In this document: positions 17,197-28,000 of the stretch, in pieces
Position numbering within the stretch: the first letter of the stretch is position 1
Layout of the letters: each line of letters opens with the position of its first letter
Source of the DNA: a virus
Strand: one strand, 5' to 3'
DNA: 64,000 bases
Virus record (IMG/VR): IMGVR_UViG_3300045988_004573
Coordinates: 32,001-96,000 of that record
The notes under the pieces: generated by a model
Database searches by the model: none
What the model saw: the letters and a program-made list of their open reading frames with translations, nothing else
Told to the model about the DNA's origin: nothing
Position numbers and translations under genes: made by a program

Positions 17197-17504
17197 CACA
17201 GAGAGGAATTTATGCAGCACCTTGTCAGACTGCCCCTAACAGAGATAGGGTAGATACAAGTGTAGTTGCTTGTAAAGAGATGAGACTCTGGATTGTAGAG
17301 TTCAGTATTAAGGATATAGGTAATGGATGTGCAGTTGTAAAGGCTGATAATCCTAAGCAAGCTGAGGTACTATTGAAGACTCAAGGTACATTCAATGGCT
17401 TGCCCCACCTGTATAGTATCACTCGTATAGAGGAGATTATACCTTCACCTGACTCTATGTTAATCTGTGAGCAGTTAGCAACCAATGTAAAAGATTTGAA
17501 TTGA
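17193..17504 (+). CDS. Hypothetical protein
   Basis: The internal ATG 17193 overlaps the upstream stop (ATGA). The track start at 17151 would overlap the upstream gene by 46 nt. Confidence 0.55.
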   Translation: MTQRGIYAAPCQTAPNRDRVDTSVVACKEMRLWIVEFSIKDIGNGCAVVKADNPKQAEVLLKTQGTFNGLPHLYSITRIEEIIPSPDSMLICEQLATNVKDLN

Positions 17505-17505
17505 C

Positions 17506-18045
17506 ATGAACAAGAAGTTAAGATTACTCTTAACTACTAGGTGTCCTAATAAATGTCCCATGTGTTGTAATAACTCATGGGACTTTTCACGACTGCCAGT
17601 AGTTGAGAGATGGGACTATGAGCAGATAATGTTCACTGGAGGTGAGCCTCTGCTCTATCTTGATAAGCTATGTGGATTAGCAGACTCAATAAGAGCTATC
17701 ACTTCTGCTATGGGTACAGAACCAAAGCTCTATGTATATACAGCTTTGTGTGACTGGATGAAACTCAACAGGGTGATTGACCATGTAGATGGTATAGTAC
17801 TCACTCCTCATAGTAAAGAGAGTGCAGAAGCATTCAAGAAGTTCAATGACTTGGTTAATGCCAGCACCATCCTAATCAATAATCCATTGGAGAGTAAATC
17901 ACTCAGGCTTAACTTGTTTCCTGATATTAAGGAGTATCTTAAAGATGAAGACCTCTCAGGATGGCAAGTGAAGGATATGCAGTGGATTAAAGACTGCCCA
18001 GTGCCTGAGGGAGAGGACTTTAGGAGGGTTGCATTACTTTGGTAG
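17506..18045 (+). CDS. Small orphan radical SAM enzyme
   Basis: LLLTTRCPNKCPMCCNN contains CxxxCxxC at nt 17542-17565, followed by FTGGEPLL (SAM-binding GGE motif). It is only 179 aa and is clearly distinct in sequence from the nrdG at 11036. Confidence 0.7.
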   Translation: MNKKLRLLLTTRCPNKCPMCCNNSWDFSRLPVVERWDYEQIMFTGGEPLLYLDKLCGLADSIRAITSAMGTEPKLYVYTALCDWMKLNRVIDHVDGIVLTPHSKESAEAFKKFNDLVNASTILINNPLESKSLRLNLFPDIKEYLKDEDLSGWQVKDMQWIKDCPVPEGEDFRRVALLW

Positions 18046-18047
18046 GT

Positions 18048-18488
18048 ATGAGGCAATATACACAGAGAGAGTTTATCAAGATATGTATAGCTAATGGTTT
18101 CTATTATAGTAGACATAATGGAGACCATGCTATATATGTCAATGATAAAGGAAGGCATATCAGCATCCCATTAAAACTTGAAAGTGTTATTGCAAGAAGA
18201 TTAATCAAAGAGAATAATTTAGAGATAGATATTAAGAAACTTAAAAAGGAAAAGAGGATGAATAATGTACCATTAGGGGCTAATGAAGACCCCAGAGCAC
18301 CTTGGAATGCACCTCTTGATGTAAAATATAAGAGGTTTGTGAGTGTAACCATATCATATTATGATGAGGTTGAATTACCTCCAGATGCAGAGGAGGAACA
18401 GATTAATGAAGCCTTTCATAAAAAGGTAGAAGATGCTGAGTTTCCTAAAGAGTTTGATATTGATGAAGTTGTAGTAATAGATGATTAA
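18048..18488 (+). CDS. HicA/YcfA-like domain fused to an acidic C-terminal domain
   Basis: The N-terminal roughly 60 aa (TQREFIKICIANGFYYSRHNGDHAIYVNDKGRHISIPLKLESVIARRLIKENNL) align well by eye with HicA toxins (EF...G...GSH...G...P...L). There is no stop before the C-terminal 80 aa, which are rich in D/E. The track start at 18039 is TTG. Confidence 0.55.
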   Translation: MRQYTQREFIKICIANGFYYSRHNGDHAIYVNDKGRHISIPLKLESVIARRLIKENNLEIDIKKLKKEKRMNNVPLGANEDPRAPWNAPLDVKYKRFVSVTISYYDEVELPPDAEEEQINEAFHKKVEDAEFPKEFDIDEVVVIDD

Positions 18489-18491
18489 AAT

Positions 18492-19715
18492 ATGAGATTA
18501 ATTAAACCAAGTTTTTCTATTTGGGACCAACAAGAAGGTCTTGAAGGAATTTACAAACAGATTGAGAGAGCAGGAAGAGTATGTTATAAATCTGAGGATA
18601 AGATAACAGAAGATTCTGCTAAGGACTTTGTAGATAGAATGATTAAATTGGGACATGGTGCTATGTTAGAGCATGGCACTATATACCTCATAATTGATTG
18701 CTCTGGAAGACTGCTCGATGTTGCAAATAAATATGTCAATAACAAGTATTCCGAATGGACTTTACATCCTGACGGAGTACATTACTGCATTACGACTAAC
18801 TATAGAGTACTACTTCAGAATGGTTGGCTTGATGATTTGCAATATTTATGTGAACCTACAGAATATCATGAAAAGAGAGTTACTATACACTTTGTATGTG
18901 ATAGAGGAGTATCCCATGAGTTTGTAAGGCATAGAGTAATGTCTTTTGCTCAAGAGAGTACAAGGTATTGTAACTACTCCAAGGATAAGTTTGGTAATGA
19001 ACTTACCTTTATTATTCCTTGTTGGACTAATTTACCTGAACAAGAATATGGTGATAGAGTTAATCCCAAAGTATTTAATAGAGGAAATACTAATGGTGTA
19101 GAAACAAGTTATGTAGATTCTTTAAGACAGACTGAATATAACTACTTTAACTTACTAAATCAAGGATGGAAGCCTCAACAAGCTAGAGCAGTATTACCTA
19201 ATGCCTTAAAGACAGAGTTAGTAATGACTGGCTTTGTTGATGACTGGTGGGGTGAATATCTTGTTATTGATAAGGCTACAGGTCTTATTGACCAGAGAAT
19301 ACATGGCAAGTTCTATGATGAGCTTAACAATATTGATAGGGATAAGTATAGGGTAGTTGAGAAAGGCTTCTTCCCTCTTAGGTGTTCTAGTGGAGCACAT
19401 CCTCAAGCACAGGAGCTTGCAATACCATTGAGACAGGAATTTATTAACAAAAAAAGATTTGGTAATATGGGAATATTTGGAACTAAAGTAACAACAGAAA
19501 CAGTAGCAAAGCCTACTTTTGCTGAGCAGAAGGCTGCTATTAAGTCAGCCTTCAAGACTGCACATGAGAATGCAAATAATCTTCACTCCCAAATGGAGGA
19601 GGAAATTAAGAGTAAGGAAGCTCAGATAGCTACACTTCAGAGTGATATTGAAACTATCAATGTAACTAAGAAGGAAGCTGAAACTTTCATGGAGAACATC
19701 TCTAAACTCATTTAA
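18492..19715 (+). CDS. thyX: Flavin-dependent thymidylate synthase with a C-terminal coiled-coil extension
   Basis: ThyX signature RHRVMSFAQESTRY (RHRxxSxxxxSxRY) at nt 18927-18968, with QQARAVLPNA downstream. Confidence 0.9.
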   Translation: MRLIKPSFSIWDQQEGLEGIYKQIERAGRVCYKSEDKITEDSAKDFVDRMIKLGHGAMLEHGTIYLIIDCSGRLLDVANKYVNNKYSEWTLHPDGVHYCITTNYRVLLQNGWLDDLQYLCEPTEYHEKRVTIHFVCDRGVSHEFVRHRVMSFAQESTRYCNYSKDKFGNELTFIIPCWTNLPEQEYGDRVNPKVFNRGNTNGVETSYVDSLRQTEYNYFNLLNQGWKPQQARAVLPNALKTELVMTGFVDDWWGEYLVIDKATGLIDQRIHGKFYDELNNIDRDKYRVVEKGFFPLRCSSGAHPQAQELAIPLRQEFINKKRFGNMGIFGTKVTTETVAKPTFAEQKAAIKSAFKTAHENANNLHSQMEEEIKSKEAQIATLQSDIETINVTKKEAETFMENISKLI

Positions 19716-19716
19716 T

Positions 19717-19902
19717 ATGGATGAAGTCATAGATGAAACAAACTTACACTTAGAAGTCCAAAAGAGATGCCACAGAGTTCCTTTATATGATACTATTGAG
19801 GAACTAAAAAACCCAACTGGAATACTTGCTGAGGAATATTCAAGAATTATGAAACAATTAAAAGAGAATAAACAATATGAAAACAGGAATTGCAGTAAAT
19901 GA
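19717..19902 (+). CDS. Hypothetical small protein
   Basis: 61-aa ATG ORF that starts 2 nt after the thyX stop. Confidence 0.45.
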   Translation: MDEVIDETNLHLEVQKRCHRVPLYDTIEELKNPTGILAEEYSRIMKQLKENKQYENRNCSK

Positions 19903-20497
19903 TGTACTGAGTGAAGTCAGTCACTACAGAGTGATTGGAATCAATGCTGATGATAGTATCAGAGTAGTACATACAGAAAGTGGTGATGTAGTTAATATAG
20001 GCAGAACCTATGTACAGAACTACATCAAGTCAGGTGATAACTTTGTTGAAGAGGTGAAGGTTACTAAAGAGGACAAGAAGGATGGTACTTTAGGGATACG
20101 AAGCATCTTTGAAGGCATCCATTCTGGTCAGGTATTCACCGTGTGCTTTAAGAAGCAGAATAAGCCTAAGAGCAAGAAGAAACTGCAAGAAGAGATTAAT
20201 ACTATCATAGAGCAGTTCTCTAATAGTATTGACTCTATAAAGAACAGTAAGAAGGGGGTTGCAAATGCAGCTAAGAATCTTGTTACTGAACTTGTAGAGA
20301 ATCCTATCCTGCCTTATGAGGAAGGAGAGGAAAGAGTGCTTAGAGGCTATAAGATTCAGTTTGAATCTAGAGATGGCAGGTATGATTGTGTTGATATGGA
20401 TATTACCAAGACTGATAAAGAGTCTGGTATCAGACCAGTTAACATCCTGACTATTAAGTGGCTTATTTATAATGGTATAAAATATATTGTGGAATAA
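19877..20497 (+). CDS. Hypothetical protein
   Basis: 206-aa ORF with a Lys-rich centre (KKQNKPKSKKK). No motif recognised. Confidence 0.6.
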   Translation: MKTGIAVNDVLSEVSHYRVIGINADDSIRVVHTESGDVVNIGRTYVQNYIKSGDNFVEEVKVTKEDKKDGTLGIRSIFEGIHSGQVFTVCFKKQNKPKSKKKLQEEINTIIEQFSNSIDSIKNSKKGVANAAKNLVTELVENPILPYEEGEERVLRGYKIQFESRDGRYDCVDMDITKTDKESGIRPVNILTIKWLIYNGIKYIVE

Positions 20498-20542
20498 GAC
20501 CTACAATTTCACTATAAATTTGCTGGTCTTATTTATTTTATG

Positions 20543-20550
20543 TATTTTTG
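20543..20550 (+). promoter_or_regulatory. Bacteroidota-type -7 promoter box for the second HNH gene
   Basis: TATTTTTG followed by CA, 19 nt upstream of ATG 20570. Confidence 0.5.
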
Positions 20551-20569
20551 CATTATAAATAAAACTAGT

Positions 20570-21115
20570 ATGAAAAAGAGTGAGATTATAGAATGTAACG
20601 GAGTCAGCTATAAGAATTGTCCTCATTGTGGTAGAGTACTTCCAGTAAATTGTTTCTCTAAGAGTAATACTTCAGCTTCTGGTTATAGAAGCTGGTGCAA
20701 GGAGTGTATAAACACTTCTAGAAATACTGAAGAGAATAAAGCTAAGTGTAGAAACTACTATAATTCAAGAGGTAGAGAGCTTAGCAGAATAGCTAAAGAG
20801 CATAATATTCAAAAGTATCTATATACATCAGCTAAGGCTAGAGCTAGACAGAGAGGAGAAACTTTTACTATAGATATAGAGGATATTGTAGTTCCAGAGG
20901 TCTGTCCTATACTTGGAATACCACTTAAATATAATAGGGGTATGAAAGGGGATGACTCATATTCTCTTGATAGAATAGACTCTAGCAGGGGATATGTTAA
21001 AGGCAATATATGGGTCATCTCTCTTAGAGCCAATAGGATAAAGAATGACTCTACTGTGGAGGAATTAAGACTTATAGCTGACAAAGTTGAACAAAAACTT
21101 AAAGAAGCAAGATAA
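20570..21115 (+). CDS. Free-standing HNH homing endonuclease, a paralog of the intron-encoded one
   Basis: CPHCGR...WCKEC, CPILGIPL, and SLDRIDSSRGYVKGNIWVISLRANRIKND. The start was re-set to ATG 20570 (MKKSEII) because the track start at 20540 lies upstream of the promoter box. Confidence 0.8.
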   Translation: MKKSEIIECNGVSYKNCPHCGRVLPVNCFSKSNTSASGYRSWCKECINTSRNTEENKAKCRNYYNSRGRELSRIAKEHNIQKYLYTSAKARARQRGETFTIDIEDIVVPEVCPILGIPLKYNRGMKGDDSYSLDRIDSSRGYVKGNIWVISLRANRIKNDSTVEELRLIADKVEQKLKEAR

Positions 21116-21294
21116 TGAGTTTGAAGGAACAATGGCAGCAGGAGTCCAGACATGTAAGGAGATTTAAGAATATTTTTGCATTTATGGATTTCTGCTACAG
21201 ATGTAAGATAACTCCTGATAATAGTGAAACATACTATGATGAGGAGGAAGGCTATATGTATTTGAAATATCCTAATGTAACTCAACTATGGTAA
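21115..21294 (+). CDS. Possible small ORF (59 aa), not in the ORF track
   Basis: MSLKEQWQQESRHVRRFKNIFAFMDFCYRCKITPDNSETYYDEEEGYMYLKYPNVTQLW*. Its ATG overlaps the HNH stop (TAATG), and its 3' end overlaps the next start by 7 nt. It fills an otherwise non-coding gap. Confidence 0.35.
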   Translation: MSLKEQWQQESRHVRRFKNIFAFMDFCYRCKITPDNSETYYDEEEGYMYLKYPNVTQLW

Positions 21295-21881
21295 GTATAA
21301 CTAAAGAAGATTTGATTGGTCAGATTGCCAACTTCCCGTTGAAGATAGTGGAAGCTATGGTGGCAAATCAAGTGAGACAAGGTAATCCAGCCAATGTAAA
21401 AGTATTCCAAGAAAAGGTAGATGCCTCCTTTGTTGAAGGTGGTTTCAGTTGGAATAAGTCAGCGGAAGGTCAGTTCTTCTGGAGTAAGGTAATCAATGGT
21501 AAGCAATTTCCTAAAGAGATTGTTCCTCCTGATAAGTCCATTGAGCCTGTCAAACCAGAAGAGCCTGTCAATGAGAGTCCAGAAGAGGTTGTTGGAGAAG
21601 CTAAGGAATCATCTGCTTATAAGGTAGGTGATGTCATTAGAGTTAAGGTAGGAAGTAATACAAGGTCAAGGGTAATTATAGGATATTTTCCTGAGATGCC
21701 TAATCCTTATCTTACAATAACTGAGGAATCATTCAAAGACCTTATGAAGGGTAAGACAAGCTGTCATATCAATGTGACTGCTATTGAAGAGCCTAAGAAG
21801 TATGTATATCTGACTCTCAAAGATATATCTGAGGGTAAGGGTGTGGGTATAGACCCAGACCTTATCAAGATAGTACAGTAA
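21288..21881 (+). CDS. Hypothetical protein
   Basis: 197-aa ORF followed by a terminator hairpin. No motif recognised. Confidence 0.6.
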   Translation: MVSITKEDLIGQIANFPLKIVEAMVANQVRQGNPANVKVFQEKVDASFVEGGFSWNKSAEGQFFWSKVINGKQFPKEIVPPDKSIEPVKPEEPVNESPEEVVGEAKESSAYKVGDVIRVKVGSNTRSRVIIGYFPEMPNPYLTITEESFKDLMKGKTSCHINVTAIEEPKKYVYLTLKDISEGKGVGIDPDLIKIVQ

Positions 21882-21888
21882 GACATAG

Positions 21889-21930
21889 GGTAGGGTGTAG
21901 TAATACATCCTACCTTACTGTTATATTATT
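21889..21930 (+). terminator. Rho-independent terminator
   Basis: GGTAGGGTG (21889-97) pairs with CATCCTACC (21906-14), giving 9 bp with one G-U and an 8-nt loop. It is followed by T-rich TTACTGTTATATTATT. Confidence 0.55.
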
Positions 21931-21991
21931 AAAGGTGTTAGGGGTGGAGTAAAAACAGCCTTAATACCTTGCACAACTACAATTAAATTAC

Positions 21992-21999
21992 TACTTTTG
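21992..21999 (+). promoter_or_regulatory. Bacteroidota-type -7 promoter box for the RNA polymerase operon
   Basis: TACTTTTG followed by CA, 21 nt upstream of ATG 22021. Confidence 0.5.
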
Positions 22000-22020
22000 C
22001 ACAAACTAATTAAAGAAATT

Positions 22021-25000
22021 ATGAGTAAGACAACTTGTTATACTCCACTCAAAGGAGTAGATGATGTTATAGCAGCTCAAGTACCTTCATGGAATAGTCA
22101 TTATGTAGCTAACCTTAGAGGTATGTATGAAGAAGCTAAAGGCAAGTCTACTACAGATGTGAATGAGTTACTGGCATTTAGAAGGAGCTTAAATGCTAAA
22201 GATGCCAAAGCTCTTACAGATGCTATCACAAACCCAATAGCAGCATATGACCAGCTAAAAGAAGCCTTCTCTACTCAAGAGAGAGTAGACAGGGTGAATA
22301 TGATAGCCAATACATTCTCAGATGTTGTTGATGCTATACAGGAGAGTAATCCTAGTCTTAGCAGAGAGGACATTATTATGGGCTATAAAGACCAGAATGG
22401 TAAGTTTCAGGGTGGTCCAGCATTCATATACAGTGAGGTTTATAAGACCCTTAAAGCTGAGATGGATGAATATGCTGAGAATGGCTATGAGGAAGAGGTA
22501 GAGAAGTACAGACAGGTGTTCAAAAACTGGGGAGCTTTAGTGACTTATGCTAACACCACTCTTAGAGATACAGAAGGTCTTAAGATAGGTACTAAGCTGA
22601 CTTTTGCTGATTCCTCTACTATTGCTGACTATGATGAGAATACTGCTGTAGAGTCATTTGTAGCTGAGGAAGCACCTAGAGAGTCATGGCAGGAAGTGTC
22701 AGAGTCTGTAAGTCCTTTTGGAAGTACCTCTATACTAGTAAGAAGATTGCTAGGAAGATTATCTGGCTATACTTCTGAGAATGAGGAAGATTATGATGAC
22801 CTTGGTCATCTTAGGAGATTACCTGCTGTGCAAGTGCATCAAGCACTCATGGAGACCCTTAGAGGTATGCAGAGCGAGAGCGACATGGTAGCTATCCTAA
22901 AACAGAATATGGATAGTAAGCCATATATTAGCTCTATACTTGAAGAGTTTGCTAAAGACCCTATACTTAGAACTCAGTTCTTTGTAGACTTTAGTAAGGT
23001 CTTTCAGCTATACTCAATGCAGAATGAAACAAGGAAGGGAGGTATTACTACATATAAGAATAGTGTACTCAATATCCTCTCAAGGAAGAGTGCCTATAAG
23101 AGGTATTCAGCAGCACTGGCAACTAGAACTCTTAAGGCTGATAATGCAGTCTTTAGATATGAGGATGAAGGTACTCTAGTGAATGAAGCTAGAGCAAAGC
23201 AGTTAGCTGACTTCATAGAGAAGTACTTAGGTACTGACCAAGACATCTTCAATAAGTTCAATGAGCAGGGATTCTCTAATCAGGATAGGATAGACTTCTA
23301 TAAAGCTGTACTGCCTGTACTTGGTATTAACCTTACTGAATCTGACTATGATGTCCTTGTAAAGGATAATAAGAGGGTTATGTCTCTCAACAGAACTCTT
23401 AAAGACCTTCCTACTATTCTTAGAAAGGCTAAGGATGGTATGAAGTTCCAAGACTTAATTGACTTAAAGATAGGTCAAGGAGCTAGTGAGGGTTATCTAA
23501 AAGAGAAGATAGGTAAGATATTCCAAGTCACAGAGAGCTTAGACAGCAGTAAGAAAGTATTGAGCAGAGTAAGGTTTCAAGATAATACTTACTACAGTGA
23601 TATACAATCCTCCTATCTTGGCAGATTCAGAGATACTATAGATGCTCTGGCAAGAAAGGGCAATAAGGCAAAGCTACAGTCTTACTTAGATGAGCATTTC
23701 TTGAGAAATGATTTCTTTAGAAGCTCTGATGGTAAGATATATAATAAGTGGCTCCAAGACCTTTACTATAGCAACCTTCAAGACCAGAAGAGCTTTGCTA
23801 ATATGTTCACTTACAAGAAGTTCTTAGGCGATGACAATCAGAAATTTGAGGACTTTACAGGTAAGAAGCAAGCTATAACCCTGATAAATGAGTACTTTGC
23901 AGAGTCTAAGGATTATGCTTGGTATCCAGTATTCATATTAGGTGATAGTGGTGCTTCAAAGTGGATTAGAGCTAAGAGATACTCATCAGACCAGATAGTA
24001 ACAGGTCTCTATAATGTATATCTTCAAGAGAAGATATTCCAGAGAGAGATTAAAGAACTCAAGGAAGGACTTAAGAGAGATGGTAAATCTCTTGGAAGTC
24101 TTGCTAAGATAGATGAGACTAAGTTTGGTCTACTGCCATTCCTAAATGAGAAGAAGTACAGTGATATGATAGACATGACAAATATTGAACAGTCTGTCAA
24201 AGCTGCTATTAAAGCTCATCTAAGAGATGCCTTCAATGAGTATATGGTCAAGTTGAATAGGGCAGGTGTCTTAGGTAAGACTCAGAAAGGTGACTATAAG
24301 TACCTGAGTAAGCTAACTAAGTTCACAACTAAAGATAAGCAGAAGTTGACTGGTGATGAGGCAGTTAGAGCTAACCTTATGGATTACTTCTACAATAGTA
24401 AGTTTGCTACTGTAATGCAGATGCAGCTTATGACTGTCAATCCTATATTCTATAAGAATGGGGATAGCACAGATGCCCAGAAGAGATATAAGGAAATTCA
24501 TGCCTCAGGTAATAGAGTAAGTGTAGAAGCTGTAAATCCCTTCACAGGTGAGAGATTCAGTAATAGAGACTATCAGACTACTGTATATTTTGATGATGTT
24601 GAAGTAAACCCAGAAGATACTAATCCTGAGTTTATGGAGGTCATTGCTAAGGTATATGGTAAGGATAGTGATGTCTATAAGACCTATAGGGATAAGACAT
24701 CCTTCACTGATGGTCAAGGTTATAGAACTCTTAAGTCTTATAGAGCTGTGATGGGAATGGCTGGCAAGTGGAATAAGAAATGTGAAGATGCTTATAATGA
24801 GATTGAAAGCATCAGAGCAGATATTAGGTCACAAGGTGGAGAGATAACTGATGAGCAGGCTCAGAGAATAGCTAGCTTAATGGTTACATTCCAACCTATC
24901 AAGCCATTCACTTATACACTTGAAAGATGGACATTAGGTAATAGTGTGTTCCAGATACCTGTACAGATGAAGTATGCTGAGACAGTTATGATACCTGAGT

Positions 25001-28000
25001 TGATGCAGAAGGGCAGTAAGCTGAGAGATATGCTTGAATGGGCTGAACAGAAGGATGTAGATGTGATTGCAGCTACTACTGCTGTAAAGGTAGGCTCATT
25101 TGGTGCTGTGAATGTGAAGGATGCTACTAATAAGGATGAGCTGAATGCCTCTTTAGATAATGCTATTGTTCACAATCTGAGCTATAATGACTATGTTATT
25201 CAGAATAACATTCCTGAGCATATTCAAGGCTCACAGCTATTTGCCACTCAGAGTAGAAAGCTGATATTTGCTGGTTTACAGCAGGTTGATGCTAATGGTA
25301 ACACTATGTACTATGACCACTACACTGATGGCAATAGGGTTAACTTGGGTAATGGCATGGTCAGACTCAATGCTTACAACCTCAACAGGTTCTATATAAG
25401 TCTTATAGCAGCTAACATACTTGAGGACTTTGAAGAATTTTCTTCTACTATAAAGAATCCTGAGAAAGTAAGGCAAGCCTTGGTTCAGATGACTGTTAAT
25501 AACAGCAGGGAGACTAGGGATAACCTTAGAGGTTATGGTAAAGGCTTAGAGCATGACTTCCTTCTAGCATTATTTGAAGGTGGTATTGAACATGATACAG
25601 CAGCATTGTTACTGAGTATGTTCAAGAAGCAAGTCAACAAACAGAAGATAAATGGAGGAAGTGCAGTTCAGGTATCAGCATTTGGTATAACTGGCTATAC
25701 TGAGGACAATAATCTTAGGTTTATCAAAGACCCTAACAATGATGCTAACATTCTATATGCTGAGTGTGAGCTTCCTTGGGACTTAAGCTATACTGATAGT
25801 AATGGTAACAAGGTTGAGCTACAATTCAGTGACTGGTGTAATGCTGATGGTACACTTAAAATAGGTAAGAATGGGGTTTCTCTACTAGAGACTAAATTCC
25901 CAGGAATCACCTCTTTCATAGCATATAGAATACCTACAGAGGATAAGTACTCTATGTTGAACCTAAGAGTAAAGAGATTTACTCAGAAGGTCAATGGTGG
26001 TGGTACTATTAAAGTTCCTGCTCAAGGTACTACTATTGCTGGATTTGACTTTGATATTGACAAGCTCTACTTTATGAGAAGGGAATATAAGGTCAAGAAG
26101 AGTGATAAAGATGGTGAGCTTGGAAGCCAGATAATCAAAGCACTGTTTGGTGAGTCTGAACATACAGATGTAGCTGATGTGTTTGATATACATGACTTCG
26201 AGGAGTTTGATTATTCTAAGCCTGCTTGGGATAAGAGTCAGAGCAGAGTGGCTAGAAACAATATGCTAATCACTCTTATGCAGAAGAGACTTGAAGACCC
26301 TCAGACTATAAAGGATAGGACTACTCCTGGTGGATTTACTCATGCAAGTGCTGCTGCTAAGTATATCAGAACTCTTATGGGTATAGATAATCTGAATTAT
26401 GATTATTCTGACCCTTGGACTATGGTAGTATATAACCAGCAAAACCAAGTAGCTGGAAAGCTGATTGGTATATTTGCTAATCAGAATACCAATAATGCCA
26501 TTGCTTCCTTGATGAAGGAGTTCAGCTTGGTACAACCTATAGCATTTGGTAATCATCCTAATGGACTAAGTAACCTTCTCAACCCTAATGCTCTGACTAA
26601 GGAGCTGTTGGCAGCATCTGTGGATGCTGTTAAAGACCCTGTGCTTAACTTCCTGAACTTGAATACTATTACAGCAGATAGTGCAGGTATGTTATGTAGA
26701 TTAGGGTATAGCTTTGAGGAGATTGGTCTGTTAATGAACCAACCTATAATAAGAGAACTATGTGATTACTGTATGGATAGTAACATGTCTGATATAGATA
26801 CTGCAATAGATAACTTGTTACAGGATTATGGTGCTAGAGGTGATTACGCTGATATTCCATCCTCAAGACTGACTGTAGATGTACTTGCTAAGAATATAAC
26901 TGACTTTAGGGATAACCCAGACATTATGAACAATAGTAACTATGTGTTCAATCAAGCTCAGGTGTTGGAACTATTCAGAAGTATCTATGCTACAGCTAAA
27001 GAGGTAGGAGCTTTTGTTACTAATACTAAGTTCACTGCATCAAATGCAGTTAAATCTACCTTTGGTGGTATGTATGCTCAGCAGGACAGAGTGATTAGGT
27101 ATGTGAATAACCTTAAGACCTCAAAGAACCCTAGACTAAGTATTATAGTGAGTGACTTTGTTGATAGTCCTATTACACTAGGTCTTAATATAGGTAATGT
27201 TGAGGAATATATAGCACAGATACTCAATAATCCTTTTGGATATGAGCAAGTGATGTATGATGCTAATGTCCAAGCTGTAAAGGAACTTGGCAAGTATTAT
27301 CCTTATGGTAATTCAACATACACTAACATTAGGAGCTTTATGACTGACCTGACTAAATCAGGGCTTGATGAAGCTACTATAGACCAGATACATGAGTATA
27401 TGCTAAGGTATATGATTGGTCTGGATGAACACAGTAAGTTCAATCCTGAATATCCCATCAACCTTGATAATGGGGAGACAGTAAGAGCAGAAGACTACTA
27501 TACCAAGTATGTTCCTTTGAAGGTAAGTAACCTTTTAAGAGCAAATAAGGAGTTGAAGAGTCTGCCTATCTTTAGTCTACTCACATTTGAGGAAGGTAGT
27601 GATGGTAATGTACAAATGAAGATTGCTGATAGTGGTGCTTTAACACCTACCCAGAAAGATGAAGTAAGGGATAGCTGGGAAGTACTATTAACTAACCCTG
27701 AGTTATCTCAGGTGGCTAAAGACCTTTATATGTACTCCTACTATCAATCAGGATTTGGATTTGGAGTTATAGGATTCAATCACTTAGCTCCATTAGAGTT
27801 GAAGCTGCAATTAGACCTTAACGGTGAGACTAGTTATACTAGTTTCTTGGATAATGTGTTGGATAACAACATACCAGTTGATGAGGTCAAGTTTGCTCAG
27901 ATGTTTCTTAATACCCACAGAGATAACAATAGGCTAGTATATGAGCCTAAGTCCAAGCAATATAATTACATTAAGAGTTATGTGTACCAGAATGGTATGC

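Noticed and set aside
20495-20531. TAAGACC ... GGTCTTA inverted repeat after 19877..20497, as a possible terminator
   Set aside because: It has only 7 bp with a 23-nt loop, and the downstream tract is interrupted. It is too weak to call, although it does precede the HNH promoter box.
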